NCBI RefSeq assembly: GCF_000025925.1
Contig: NC_014033.1
Span: forward strand, 2,250,001 to 2,282,000
Direction: 5' to 3'
DNA from: Xylanibacter ruminicola 23
GTDB lineage: Bacteria > Bacteroidota > Bacteroidia > Bacteroidales > Bacteroidaceae
Length of the DNA stretch: 32,000 nucleotides
The position numbers were made by a program, and so were the translations under genes. Position 1 is the stretch's first letter. The number at the start of each line of letters is the position of its first letter. Below the pieces are notes generated by a model. That model searched no databases. It was not told the origin of the DNA and saw only the letters and a program-made list of their open reading frames with translations. Shown here piece by piece: positions 23,293 through 32,000 of this stretch.

Positions 23293-24768
23293 ATGAAAAA
23301 TAAAATTATAACAGGTGCCATGGCACTCACCCTGACAATGGGATTTGTTAGCTGCGGTGATGACTTCCTTGAAACCAAATACTACAAAGGAATCGATGTA
23401 GAAACAGGTCTTTCAAGCACAAGCAATGTTTCAACCGCACTGGGTGGCGTATATTACAACCTTTTCGAAAGATATTTTGCAGGTAACTACGCAACCACTA
23501 TCGGCGACGTTCCAACCGATATCTCATACTGGAACACCAAGACCGGTCACTGGGACAAGATCTACCAGTACACATTCCAGGACACTGAGTCGTATCTCAG
23601 CTACATCTGGGAGTATGGTTACAAGATTGTTGACAACTCAGCCCGCGTGATTGTAGCAGCCGACAAGCTTTATGCCGACGCTACTGCCGACGACAAGAAG
23701 ACACTCGACCTGTGCCGCGCCGAGGCTTACGCCCTGCGTGCATACGCAAACCTTAAGCTGGTGAACGTTTTCGCACATCAGATCAAGGTTAATGGCAACG
23801 ATTTCTCGGCCAAGCCCGGTATCGTTATCAGCGACACACCTATCCCTGCCTTCACCGAGGTTAGCCGCGCCACTGTAGGCGACAGCTACAATATGATTGT
23901 GAGCGACCTGAAGAAGTCGCTGGAGTACTTCGCTGCTGCCGGTGGCGACCGTGGCGACAAGTGCTACTTTGGTGTAGCTGCTGTCGAGGGTCTGCTGGCA
24001 CGTACATACCTTTATATGGAGAACTGGGATGGTGCCATCAGCAGCGCTAAGGCAGCCCTGAGCGATGCCGGCACACCTGCACTGGCCTATACAAAGGCCG
24101 ACTATAAGGCCCTGTACAACGGCGGAAGCTCAAACACCGAGAGCATGTTCTATCTCGACATCAACGCCAGTCAGAACTGGAGTGCCAACTCTTGCGGTAC
24201 ACTGTGGACTACCTACAACTTCAGCCCAAGCCCCAAGCTGCTGGCTATGTATGCCGACACCGACGTACGTAACGCCATCATGGGCATGGACGCAAGCTCA
24301 ACCGAGACAGCCCCTGTATTCGCTGGTGGTAAGTTCGCTTCTTACGGTTCAGGCAACCCCGCCCACGCTACCAACTACCTGATTAACGCTCCTGAGATGT
24401 ATCTGATTATCGCAGAGAGCTACATCAAGAAGAACGACGTAGCCAAGGCTCAGGAGGCTCTGCTGCCCGTAGCTAAGCGTAACACAGCCATCGCTACAAC
24501 AGCCGATCTGCCCAGCACCGCTGCCGATCTCTACACATTCCTGAAGGACGAGCGCGCACGCGAGCTCTTCCAGGAGGGTCTGCGCCTGTACGACCTGCGC
24601 CGCTGGGGCGATCCCGCTCAGGTAGAGGCCTACAATGCACCTAAGATCCTGTTCCGTTCTAACAATTTCAACATCTCTGAATTTGTATTCCCCATCCCTA
24701 ACGATGAGATCAATGCAAACTTTGGTGTAACACAGAACGAGGGTTGGGCATCTAATCTCCCTAAGTAA
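23293..24768 (+). CDS. SusD/RagB-family lipoprotein (unit 2, 491 aa)
   Basis: It has a lipobox (TMGFVSCGDD), SusD-like helices (CRAEAYALRAYANLKL, PEMYLIIAESY), and RELFQEGLRLYDLRRW near the C-terminus. Confidence 0.9.
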   Translation: MKNKIITGAMALTLTMGFVSCGDDFLETKYYKGIDVETGLSSTSNVSTALGGVYYNLFERYFAGNYATTIGDVPTDISYWNTKTGHWDKIYQYTFQDTESYLSYIWEYGYKIVDNSARVIVAADKLYADATADDKKTLDLCRAEAYALRAYANLKLVNVFAHQIKVNGNDFSAKPGIVISDTPIPAFTEVSRATVGDSYNMIVSDLKKSLEYFAAAGGDRGDKCYFGVAAVEGLLARTYLYMENWDGAISSAKAALSDAGTPALAYTKADYKALYNGGSSNTESMFYLDINASQNWSANSCGTLWTTYNFSPSPKLLAMYADTDVRNAIMGMDASSTETAPVFAGGKFASYGSGNPAHATNYLINAPEMYLIIAESYIKKNDVAKAQEALLPVAKRNTAIATTADLPSTAADLYTFLKDERARELFQEGLRLYDLRRWGDPAQVEAYNAPKILFRSNNFNISEFVFPIPNDEINANFGVTQNEGWASNLPK

Positions 24769-24796
24769 TCCCACTTTTTAAAAAGTTATAAACATT

Positions 24797-24833
24797 TCGC
24801 AGGTTTGCCCCCAAGCAAGCCTGCGATTTCTTT
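24797..24833 (+). terminator. Rho-independent terminator after unit 2
   Basis: The stem is TCGCAGG-tttgcccccaagcaag-CCTGCGA, followed by TTTCTTT. Confidence 0.7.
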
Positions 24834-25025
24834 GTAAATAAATGCATATTTTGTGCATAACAATTTAATATCAAAAACCAACCTTAGCTGAGCAAAGTGT
24901 AAGTTAACCGCGAAAAACTGCTTTCAGATTGATTTTTTGAATACCATTTGTATTAAAATGGTTAAAATATGTTAGAAAACAACCCTCTTTTAATAAAATT
25001 ATTTGCCTATTATAATAATATACAG

Positions 25026-25033
25026 TAATTTTG
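25026..25033 (+). promoter_or_regulatory. -7 promoter box TAatTTTG of susC-like unit 3
   Basis: The context is cagtaattttgcagccccgaaacggg, ~90 nt upstream of ATG 25121. Confidence 0.55.
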
Positions 25034-25120
25034 CAGCCCCGAAACGGGACCTTATGTCCAAAAAAAGGAAGAGATTGAGACTACAGGTATAACATATAAT
25101 TATTAAAAAGAGAGATTTTT

Positions 25121-28100
25121 ATGAAACAACGACTAACGATGTTCATCGTCAGCCTGTTCCTTTTTGTGGGAACAGCGCTGGCACAGACAAAAGTTACAGG
25201 TACAGTACTCTCACAGGAGGATGGTGAGCCCATTATCGGCGCTACCATCAAGATTGTGGGTGCAGGTACTGGCGCCATCACAGACTATGACGGACAGTTT
25301 ACTGTAACCATGCCCGAGGGTAAGGACATGATTGAGATTACCTACCTGGGCTGCAAGACCGAGACCTTGAAGGCCGTTAACGGTATGCGCGTAATGATGA
25401 AGCCCGACACCGAGACACTCGAAGAGGTGGTAGTTGTGGCTTACGGTACTGCCAAGAAGCAGAGTATTACCGGTTCGGTTTCGACCGTTGACCAGAAGGT
25501 GATCGAGAAGCGTATTACCTCGAACGTTACCAGTGCACTCGAGGGTGCTGCTCCTGGTGTACAGGTTAACAACACATACGGTGAGCCTGGTGCCGAGCCT
25601 ACCATCCGCATTCGTGGTATCGGTTCGCTCAACGGCTCGAACACCCCACTCTACGTAGTAGATGGTATTATCTATAACGGTAACATTGCCGATCTGAACC
25701 CCGAGGATATCAAGACCATGTCGGTACTGAAGGATGCTGCATCTGCAGCCCTGTACGGTAACCGTGCATCGGCTGGTGTGGTTATCATCACCACCAAGAG
25801 CGGTGTTTCGCACGAGGGTAACTCATCTATCGACCTGAAGATTAACCATGGTTTCTACAACCGTGGTATCAAGGAGTACGACCGATTGGGTGTGAACGAC
25901 TACATGGAGACATCGTGGAAGGCCATGAAGAACTGGGCTATGACCGGTTCGATGGGATTGAGCGAGGACGAGGCTAAGGCTTATGCCAGCGCCCACCTGG
26001 CTAGCGACGTGATGCACCAGAACATCTGGGACCGTGCCAGCGATCAGCTGTTCGACGAGAACGGTAAGATGGTGGCTAACGTACTGGATGGCTACACCGA
26101 CCTGGATTGGGAGGACAACATTGAGCGTACCGGTCAGCGTCAGGAGTACATCCTGAGCGGTAACTTTACTAACGATAAGACCAACGTTTACGCATCGTTA
26201 GGTTACCTGAACGAGAAGGGTTACATTATCAGCAGCGACTACGAGCGCTACACAGCCCGCGTAAACTCTACCTTTACACCTAACAAGTATTTTACTGCTG
26301 GTGTAAACCTGAATGGTACCATCTCAACCCGCCACTTTAACGACAATGCTAAGGGTAGCGCTTATAGCAACCCATTCAGCACAGCCCGTTACATGGCTCC
26401 TATCTATCCTATCTACAGCCACAACGCCGATGGCAGCATTGCCACCGACCAGAATGGCGAGTATGTATATGATACTAAATCTGACTATCTTGACAACCGT
26501 AACATTGCTTACGAGCTGCGCAAGGACCAGGATACACGTAAGCGTAACGTACTGAACGGTACTGCTTACCTGACACTGAACCTGCCATACGACTTCTCGG
26601 TAACCGTTAAGGGTAACCTGTCGCACCGTTCATCTACACGTCAGCAGTACAACAACCCCGAGATTGGTGATGGTGCTGCAAACGGCGGACGATTGGCTAA
26701 CTACAGCAACGAGTACGAGGACTACACCATGCAGGAGTTGCTGAACTGGGGTCACGAGTACGGCAATCACCACATCGATGCCATGGTAGGTCACGAGAAC
26801 ACTCACTACCAGACCGAGAACTTCGACGGTATGAATACCAAGATGGTGGCCAGTGGTATCTATGTGCTGGGCAATTTCATTCAGAACTCATACCTGAGCG
26901 GTTACAACGAGGAGTATGCTACCGAGTCGTACCTGGCTCGCGCCCGCTATAACTACGATCAGCGCTACTATGTAGATGCATCGCTGCGCCGCGATGGTTC
27001 GTCGCGTTTCCACAAGAACAACCGCTGGGGTAACTTCTTCTCGTTCGGTGCTACCTGGAATGCCAAGAAAGAGGAGTTCCTGCGCACTGTAAAGTGGGTT
27101 AACCAGTTGCGTGTTCGTGCCTCGTACGGTGAGGTGGGTAACGATGCCGGTGTAAACTACTATGGCTACCAGGCGCTTTACTACATTGAGAAGAACGGTG
27201 GCGAGGGCGCCCTGATGAAACAGAGCCGGAGCGCCGATGACATTAAGTGGGAGACTGCTCAGACTGTAGATGCAGCCATCGAGGGTCGCCTGTTCGGTCG
27301 CATGAACTTCAGCATCGGCTACTTCGACAAGCGTAACAAGGACCTGCTCTTTGCTGTTCGTCTGCCTCTGTCTGCCGGTTCGTACTCGTACGGCGAATAC
27401 TTCAACATGACCGTTAACAAGAACATCGGTACCATCGCCAACCGCGGTATCGAGCTCTCAGTTGATGCCGACGTGCTACAGAAGAAGGACTGGAATGTTA
27501 ACGTAGGTTTGGACGCTACATTCATCAAGAACAAGATTATCAAGCTGCCTAACGGCGACAACATCCTGTCGGGCGTACACAACTACACCGAGGGTCGTTC
27601 GCTGTACGACTTCTACACCTATCACTTCGAGGGTGTCGATCAGATGACCGGTCGTTCACTTTACACACTCGATCCTGAGAAGAAGGAAACTGCTGCCCAG
27701 CAGGGCGAGCTGGTAACCATCAACGGTGTTGACTATACTACCGATACAGCTTACGGCAAGCGCGACTTCCACGGCACTGCTGCTCCTACCGTTTACGGTT
27801 CGGTTCACGGCAACGTAAGCTGGAAGGACCTGACACTGAGCCTCCTGGCTACCTACAGCCTGGGTGGTAAGACCATCGACTACACTTATCAGACCCTGAT
27901 GAGCACCAACGCCATGTCGAGCGGTTCGGCTCTGCACAAGGATGCTCTGAAGGCCTGGAACGGTGTGCCCGAGGGTATGACCGAGACATCGGCCAACCGC
28001 ATTGATCCAAACGGTGTGCCTGCCATGGATTACAACCTGAGTTCGAAGAACAACGCTACCTGCGACCGCTGGCTCACCAGCGCATCGTACCTGGTAATGA

Positions 28101-28312
28101 AGAACATCAGTCTGTCGTACAGTCTGCCTAAGAAGTGGCTTACCAGCCTGAACGCAGGTGTCAACGGTGCCACACTTACCGCTGGTGTTGAGAACCTCTT
28201 TACATTGACCGGTCGCAAGGGTATGAACCCACAGTACAACTTTACTGGTGGTTCGGACGATACCTACGTAACAGCCCGCGTTTGGAACTTCTCACTCAAT
28301 GTTAATTTCTAA
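25121..28312 (+). CDS. SusC/RagA-family TonB-dependent transporter (unit 3, 1063 aa)
   Basis: It has the same N-terminal module, the TonB box EEVVVVAYG, and ends ...NFSLNVNF. Confidence 0.95.
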   Translation: MKQRLTMFIVSLFLFVGTALAQTKVTGTVLSQEDGEPIIGATIKIVGAGTGAITDYDGQFTVTMPEGKDMIEITYLGCKTETLKAVNGMRVMMKPDTETLEEVVVVAYGTAKKQSITGSVSTVDQKVIEKRITSNVTSALEGAAPGVQVNNTYGEPGAEPTIRIRGIGSLNGSNTPLYVVDGIIYNGNIADLNPEDIKTMSVLKDAASAALYGNRASAGVVIITTKSGVSHEGNSSIDLKINHGFYNRGIKEYDRLGVNDYMETSWKAMKNWAMTGSMGLSEDEAKAYASAHLASDVMHQNIWDRASDQLFDENGKMVANVLDGYTDLDWEDNIERTGQRQEYILSGNFTNDKTNVYASLGYLNEKGYIISSDYERYTARVNSTFTPNKYFTAGVNLNGTISTRHFNDNAKGSAYSNPFSTARYMAPIYPIYSHNADGSIATDQNGEYVYDTKSDYLDNRNIAYELRKDQDTRKRNVLNGTAYLTLNLPYDFSVTVKGNLSHRSSTRQQYNNPEIGDGAANGGRLANYSNEYEDYTMQELLNWGHEYGNHHIDAMVGHENTHYQTENFDGMNTKMVASGIYVLGNFIQNSYLSGYNEEYATESYLARARYNYDQRYYVDASLRRDGSSRFHKNNRWGNFFSFGATWNAKKEEFLRTVKWVNQLRVRASYGEVGNDAGVNYYGYQALYYIEKNGGEGALMKQSRSADDIKWETAQTVDAAIEGRLFGRMNFSIGYFDKRNKDLLFAVRLPLSAGSYSYGEYFNMTVNKNIGTIANRGIELSVDADVLQKKDWNVNVGLDATFIKNKIIKLPNGDNILSGVHNYTEGRSLYDFYTYHFEGVDQMTGRSLYTLDPEKKETAAQQGELVTINGVDYTTDTAYGKRDFHGTAAPTVYGSVHGNVSWKDLTLSLLATYSLGGKTIDYTYQTLMSTNAMSSGSALHKDALKAWNGVPEGMTETSANRIDPNGVPAMDYNLSSKNNATCDRWLTSASYLVMKNISLSYSLPKKWLTSLNAGVNGATLTAGVENLFTLTGRKGMNPQYNFTGGSDDTYVTARVWNFSLNVNF

Positions 28313-28336
28313 TGATTATTAAAGGAATATTGAAGT

Positions 28337-29989
28337 ATGAAAAAATATATTAGCAACATCATGGCGGGTTTCATGCTGGTTAGCGCTCCCGCATTGGTAT
28401 CATGTGGCGAGGACTATCTGAACACCGCTCCTACCGAGTCGATTTCGGCTGATGACGCTGTAGCCACAACCGAGAACGCCTACAAGGCTCTGAATGGTAT
28501 TGCCAAAACCATGAGCACTCAGCAGGCCGCCTGGGATCAGGGTTGTGCCGGCGAGAACCGCATCATCGCCCTGTACGAGAACTACGCCAGTCAGGACTAC
28601 TTCTACAACTACTACGCACAGGGTTGGGCTCCTATCATGAACCTGCAGTACTCACTGCGTAACAACACATCGTACGATGCTTACCCCTGGTTCTACTATT
28701 ATACTTTGGTAGGACAGGCTAACACCATCATCGCTCGTATCGACGACGCCACTGGCGAAGAGTCGATGAAGAAATTCGAGAAGGCTTCGGCACTCACATT
28801 CCGTGCTTACAGCTTCGAGAAGCTGCTGCACTACTATGCTCCACGCTGGCAGGACAGCGACAACGGCAGTGCCAAGGGTATCTGTCTGCGCCTTGATGAG
28901 TCAACAGGCGAGCTGCCACAGGCTACTATGGCTGAGTGCTATGCCCAGATTTACAAGGACCTCGACGAGGCTATCACTCTGTTCCAGCAGAGCGGTATGA
29001 ACCGTGGTACCAGCGAGATTTGGATTGCTAACGAGAACGTAGCACACGCTGTATATGCACGTGCTGCCCTGGCAAAGCAGGACTATCAGACAGCCCTTAC
29101 ACACGCACCTCTGGCTCGCAAGGGTTATGCCCTGATGAGCAATGCCGATTACTATGCCGGTTTCTGCAAGCCAACCAGCGAGTGGATTTTCGGTAGCTAC
29201 GGCGACGCTCAAGAGAACATGTGGTACTGGAGCTACGGTACACAGTACTCTTGTAACGGTTACTACGCTAACAACACCGCTAACGGTGCTGGTTCGATCG
29301 ACATCGAGCTGACCAACCAGATTCCTGACAACGACGCTCGTAAGGGCTTGTTCCTCACACCTGACAAGTTCGAGAACTTCGACCTGAGCGACGCAACTGT
29401 TGCCGACAACTACTATCTGAGCTATGGTATCATGGGCTTCAGCAACGACGATCTTTGGAACGAGGTTGACGCCTGGGTTGAGAACCGTCACAACTCATCG
29501 GCTGCCAGCAGCATGGACCGCCCATACCAGCCTGGTTACTACTACGTAGGTGGACAGACCAAGTTCTACGTATTCGACACTCCAGGTGTAGGCTACCTGC
29601 CATTCATCCGCTCATCTGAGATGGTACTGATCGAGGCCGAGGCTAACTACTTCCTGGGTAACGAGGCTGCCGCACAGGCTGCACTGGTAGAGCTGAACGC
29701 TTCAACAGGACGTGATGCCAACTACACCTGCGAGAAGACAGGCGAGGAGCTCTTCGACGAGATTGTGAACTACCGTCGTCTGGAGCTTTGGGGCGAGGGC
29801 TTCGGTTTCAGCGACTACAAGCGTTGGAACAAGGAGATTTCGCGTAAGGCTCTTACCAAGGGGGGTAGCGCATCTGTTGCCATCGCTGTAACCGTTAAGA
29901 CCAGCGATCCTAACTGGACATGGGCCATCCCACAGTGGGAGACCGACTACAACGATGCCTTCAGAGCCCCAACTAAGGATGCAAAATAA
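28337..29989 (+). CDS. SusD/RagB-family lipoprotein (unit 3, 550 aa)
   Basis: It has a lipobox (PALVSCGED), the segment SEMVLIEAEANYFLGNEAAAQ, and RRLELWGEGFGFSDYKRW. Confidence 0.9.
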   Translation: MKKYISNIMAGFMLVSAPALVSCGEDYLNTAPTESISADDAVATTENAYKALNGIAKTMSTQQAAWDQGCAGENRIIALYENYASQDYFYNYYAQGWAPIMNLQYSLRNNTSYDAYPWFYYYTLVGQANTIIARIDDATGEESMKKFEKASALTFRAYSFEKLLHYYAPRWQDSDNGSAKGICLRLDESTGELPQATMAECYAQIYKDLDEAITLFQQSGMNRGTSEIWIANENVAHAVYARAALAKQDYQTALTHAPLARKGYALMSNADYYAGFCKPTSEWIFGSYGDAQENMWYWSYGTQYSCNGYYANNTANGAGSIDIELTNQIPDNDARKGLFLTPDKFENFDLSDATVADNYYLSYGIMGFSNDDLWNEVDAWVENRHNSSAASSMDRPYQPGYYYVGGQTKFYVFDTPGVGYLPFIRSSEMVLIEAEANYFLGNEAAAQAALVELNASTGRDANYTCEKTGEELFDEIVNYRRLELWGEGFGFSDYKRWNKEISRKALTKGGSASVAIAVTVKTSDPNWTWAIPQWETDYNDAFRAPTKDAK

Positions 29990-30019
29990 CTTTTTAATAT
30001 CAATACCATAAAAAGAAGT

Positions 30020-30059
30020 GCGGGATTTGCCATAAAAAGCAAGTCCCGCTATTTTTTTT
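30020..30059. terminator. Bidirectional terminator between susD-like unit 3 (+) and tadA (-)
   Basis: The stem is GCGGGA-tttgccataaaaagcaag-TCCCGC. TATTTTTTTT follows on the plus strand, and a T-rich run follows on the minus strand. Confidence 0.7.
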
Positions 30060-30065
30060 CAGTGC

Positions 30066-30088
30066 GCTACAGCGCTACAGTGCTACAG
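30066..30088. repeat. YGCTACAG octamer array (3 units, GCTACAG orientation)
   Basis: The sequence is GCTACAGCGCTACAGTGCTACAG. It is the near-perfect inverted partner of 11065-11087. Confidence 0.8.
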
Positions 30089-30096
30089 TAAGAATC

Positions 30097-30549
30097 TTAG
30101 CGTTTGGCCTTGAAGAAGTTCTGCATCAGCTCGCGGCATTCGTCCTCTAACACCCCCTGGGTTACCTGGGCCTTGGGATGGAATGCATGGGGAGCCAGCA
30201 GATGGTAGCCACGCTTATCGTCGGGGGCACCATACACAATACGGGGTATCTGCGCCCAACCGATGGCACCGGCACACATAGTGCAGGGCTCAACGGTAAC
30301 ATACAGTGTACACTCGGTAAGATACTTGCCACCCAGCGTGTTGGCAGCGGCAGTAATGGCCTGCATCTCGGCATGGGCGGTAACATCGCACAGCGTTTCG
30401 GTGAGGTTGTGCGCACGCGACACTACCCTATCCTTACACACCACCACGGCACCAATGGGTATCTCGCCCGCCTCGAGTGCCAAATGGGCCTCGTCTAACG
30501 CCATCTGCATGTAGCGTTCGTCTTTTTTTTGTTGTTCTTCGTTAATCAT
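30097..30549 (-). CDS. tadA: tRNA-specific adenosine deaminase
   Basis: It has the CDA-fold zinc motifs HAEMQAI and VEPCTMCAGAI. Its size (150 aa) and the EIPIGAVVV motif are typical of TadA. Confidence 0.85.
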   Translation of the reverse strand: MINEEQQKKDERYMQMALDEAHLALEAGEIPIGAVVVCKDRVVSRAHNLTETLCDVTAHAEMQAITAAANTLGGKYLTECTLYVTVEPCTMCAGAIGWAQIPRIVYGAPDDKRGYHLLAPHAFHPKAQVTQGVLEDECRELMQNFFKAKR

Positions 30550-30573
30550 GGTGCAAAGTTACAAAAAATTTTG

Positions 30574-30581
30574 TATCTTTG
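30574..30581 (+). promoter_or_regulatory. -7 promoter box TAtcTTTG for birA, with a divergent TAacTTTG box for tadA at 30554-30561 on the minus strand
   Basis: The contexts are ttgtatctttgcac for birA and, on the plus strand, caaagtta for tadA. Both boxes sit within ~10 nt of their start codons, so the mRNAs would be near-leaderless. Confidence 0.45.
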
Positions 30582-30591
30582 CACTCGGAAT

Positions 30592-31305
30592 ATGATGGAA
30601 TTTAAGATAGTGCACGTTGATGAGACCGATTCTACCAACCGTTGGATGAAGGAAAACGGCGAGGGTGTGATGGTGGTTGTGGCTGATTTTCAGACTGCTG
30701 GAAAGGGTTGCGGCTCCAACACATGGGAGAGCGAGCGGGGCCAGAACCTGCTTTTCTCGGTGCTTATCCACCCCCAGAAGGTATCAGCACGCACACAGTT
30801 CATCATTACCCAGATGGTATCGGTAGCCCTGTGCAACACCTTGCAGCGCTACATACCGCAAACACCCGAAATAAAATGGCCTAACGACATTTATGTAGGC
30901 GACAAGAAGATATGCGGCGTGCTGATTGAAAACCGACTGGAGGGGCACCGCATCAAGGACTGCGTGATAGGCATCGGACTGGACGTGAACCAGACAGTGT
31001 TTGTGAGCGATGCCCCCAACCCCGTATCTATCAAACAGCTGACAGGCCGCGACACCGATCGCGACGAGCTGTTGGCGGCTTTCCTCGACGAACTGCAACG
31101 CGCCATCGAAAACAAGGGCATACACCAGGCGTACATGAACCGTCTGTACCGTCGCGAGGGACTGCACCCGTTCGAAGCCAACGGCAAGCGCTTTATGGCC
31201 ACCGTGGTTGGCACTACCGACGACGGCCGCCTGATGCTGCAGGATGCCAACGGCATAGCACATCTGTACCGATTTAAAGAAGTGGTTTTTGTCATTGAAC
31301 ATTGA
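30592..31305 (+). CDS. birA: Biotin--[acetyl-CoA-carboxylase] ligase (group I, no HTH)
   Basis: The motifs are DETDSTNRW, QTAGKGCGSNTWES (a GRGRxGRxW-type loop) and KWPNDIYVGDKKICGVLIE. I set the start at ATG 30592, downstream of the promoter box. Confidence 0.85.
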   Translation: MMEFKIVHVDETDSTNRWMKENGEGVMVVVADFQTAGKGCGSNTWESERGQNLLFSVLIHPQKVSARTQFIITQMVSVALCNTLQRYIPQTPEIKWPNDIYVGDKKICGVLIENRLEGHRIKDCVIGIGLDVNQTVFVSDAPNPVSIKQLTGRDTDRDELLAAFLDELQRAIENKGIHQAYMNRLYRREGLHPFEANGKRFMATVVGTTDDGRLMLQDANGIAHLYRFKEVVFVIEH

Positions 31306-31327
31306 CCATTGACCATTGAACATTAAA
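31293..31327. repeat. Heptamer array (CATTGAA/CATTGAC/CATTAAA x5) that contains the birA stop codon, followed by TAGTAAA-type units up to pyrH
   Basis: The sequence is CATTGAACATTGACCATTGACCATTGAACATTAAA, followed by TGGTAAAATAGTAAATAGTGAAATAGTAAAATTAAAGAG and then ATG 31367. Confidence 0.9.
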
Positions 31328-31366
31328 TGGTAAAATAGTAAATAGTGAAATAGTAAAATTAAAGAG

Positions 31367-32000
31367 ATGGCAAGATTTAAGAGAATTCTGTTAAAGCTTT
31401 CGGGCGAGAGCCTGATGGGCAAGCAGGGCTACGGTATCGACCCTGAGAGATTGAGCGACTACGCCAATCAGATTAAGGAAATAGCAGGCATGGGCGTGCA
31501 GATTGGTATCGTGATTGGTGGTGGTAACATCTTCCGTGGACTCTCGGGCTCACAGAAGGGTTTCGACCGTGTAAAGGGCGACCAGATGGGTATGTGCGCC
31601 ACCGTTATCAACTCGCTGGCACTGAGCTCGGCTCTGGGTGCTGTGGGTGTTAAGAACAAGGTGCTTACCGCTATCCGCATGGAGCCTATCGGTGAGTTCT
31701 ACACCAAGTGGAAGGCCATCGAGGCAATGGAGGCTGGCTACGTGTGCATCTTCTCAGCCGGTACAGGTTCGCCCTACTTCACCACCGATACTGGCAGCAG
31801 CCTGCGCGGTATTGAGATTGAGGCCGACGTGATGCTGAAGGGCACCCGCGTGGATGGTATCTACACTGCCGACCCCGAGAAGGATCCTACAGCTACCAAG
31901 TTCGAGGATATTACCTACAAAGAGGTGCTGGCACGCGGACTGAAGGTGATGGACCTTACAGCTATCTGCATGTGTCAGGACAATAACCTGCCCATCTACG
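31367..32000 (+). CDS. pyrH: UMP kinase (partial, runs off the right edge)
   Basis: My translation is MARFKRILLKLSGESLMGKQGYGIDPERL...IVIGGGNIFRG...FSAGTGSPYFTTDTGSSLRGIEIEADVMLKGTRVDGIYTADP, which is canonical PyrH. It is absent from the ORF track because it is open at the window edge. Confidence 0.95.
   Translation, partial: MARFKRILLKLSGESLMGKQGYGIDPERLSDYANQIKEIAGMGVQIGIVIGGGNIFRGLSGSQKGFDRVKGDQMGMCATVINSLALSSALGAVGVKNKVLTAIRMEPIGEFYTKWKAIEAMEAGYVCIFSAGTGSPYFTTDTGSSLRGIEIEADVMLKGTRVDGIYTADPEKDPTATKFEDITYKEVLARGLKVMDLTAICMCQDNNLPIY

Noticed and set aside
5146-25300. SusC 5'-end shufflon of the kind described in Bacteroides fragilis
   Set aside because: The conserved 5' segments are in direct rather than inverted orientation and differ at many synonymous sites. 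No site-specific recombinase is nearby.
30784-31422. 212-aa and 141-aa minus-strand ORFs
   Set aside because: They lie antisense to birA, which has clear biotin-ligase motifs.

Overview
This window looks like Bacteroidota chromosome, probably Prevotellaceae-like. The evidence is three SusC/SusD pairs, TAnnTTTG -7 promoter boxes in front of most genes, and no Shine-Dalgarno sites; I cannot confirm the taxon without a search.

Layout:
- (1) 1-4747, minus strand: an envelope operon. It encodes a membrane-anchored 321-aa protein, a 995-aa secreted protein (HExxH domain, beta-propeller, beta-barrel), and a PrsW-type intramembrane protease that is absent from the ORF track because it runs off the left edge.
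- (2) 5146-10963: susC/susD unit 1 plus a surface lipoprotein.
- (3) about 11.06-19.96 kb: a mosaic accessory island with no integrase. Its genes are an AAA+ ATPase (COG1373/DUF4143-like), a hidden 33-aa 'smalltalk'-type ORF, a Bacteroidales HU-like DNA-binding protein, an MNT/HEPN pair, a UmuD-like S24 peptidase with an unknown C-terminal domain, a Rha-KilAC antirepressor, a GH24 lysozyme, a VirE_N/DUF3987-like primase-helicase, and a Cys/Arg-rich ORF.
- (4) 20277-29989: susC/susD units 2 and 3, a tandem duplication that includes about 300 bp of upstream leader.
- (5) 30097-32000: housekeeping genes tadA (minus), birA and pyrH (partial).

No tRNA, rRNA, CRISPR array, transposase or integrase was seen.

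Most of the unexplained signal is non-coding and lies inside the island:
- A 94-95 bp palindromic element in three copies, one of them in frame inside the antirepressor gene.
- An 81-bp repeat (80/81 identical) immediately upstream of two genes.
- Six TTACCGAA sites after the S24 gene.
- Three phased TGTTG-N8-CAACA operators in front of the ATPase gene.
- A symmetric element built from YGCTACAG octamers around a perfect 24-bp AT palindrome.
- 7-nt periodic, stop-rich spacers at gene junctions.

All protein calls rest on motifs I recognise by eye, not on database searches.
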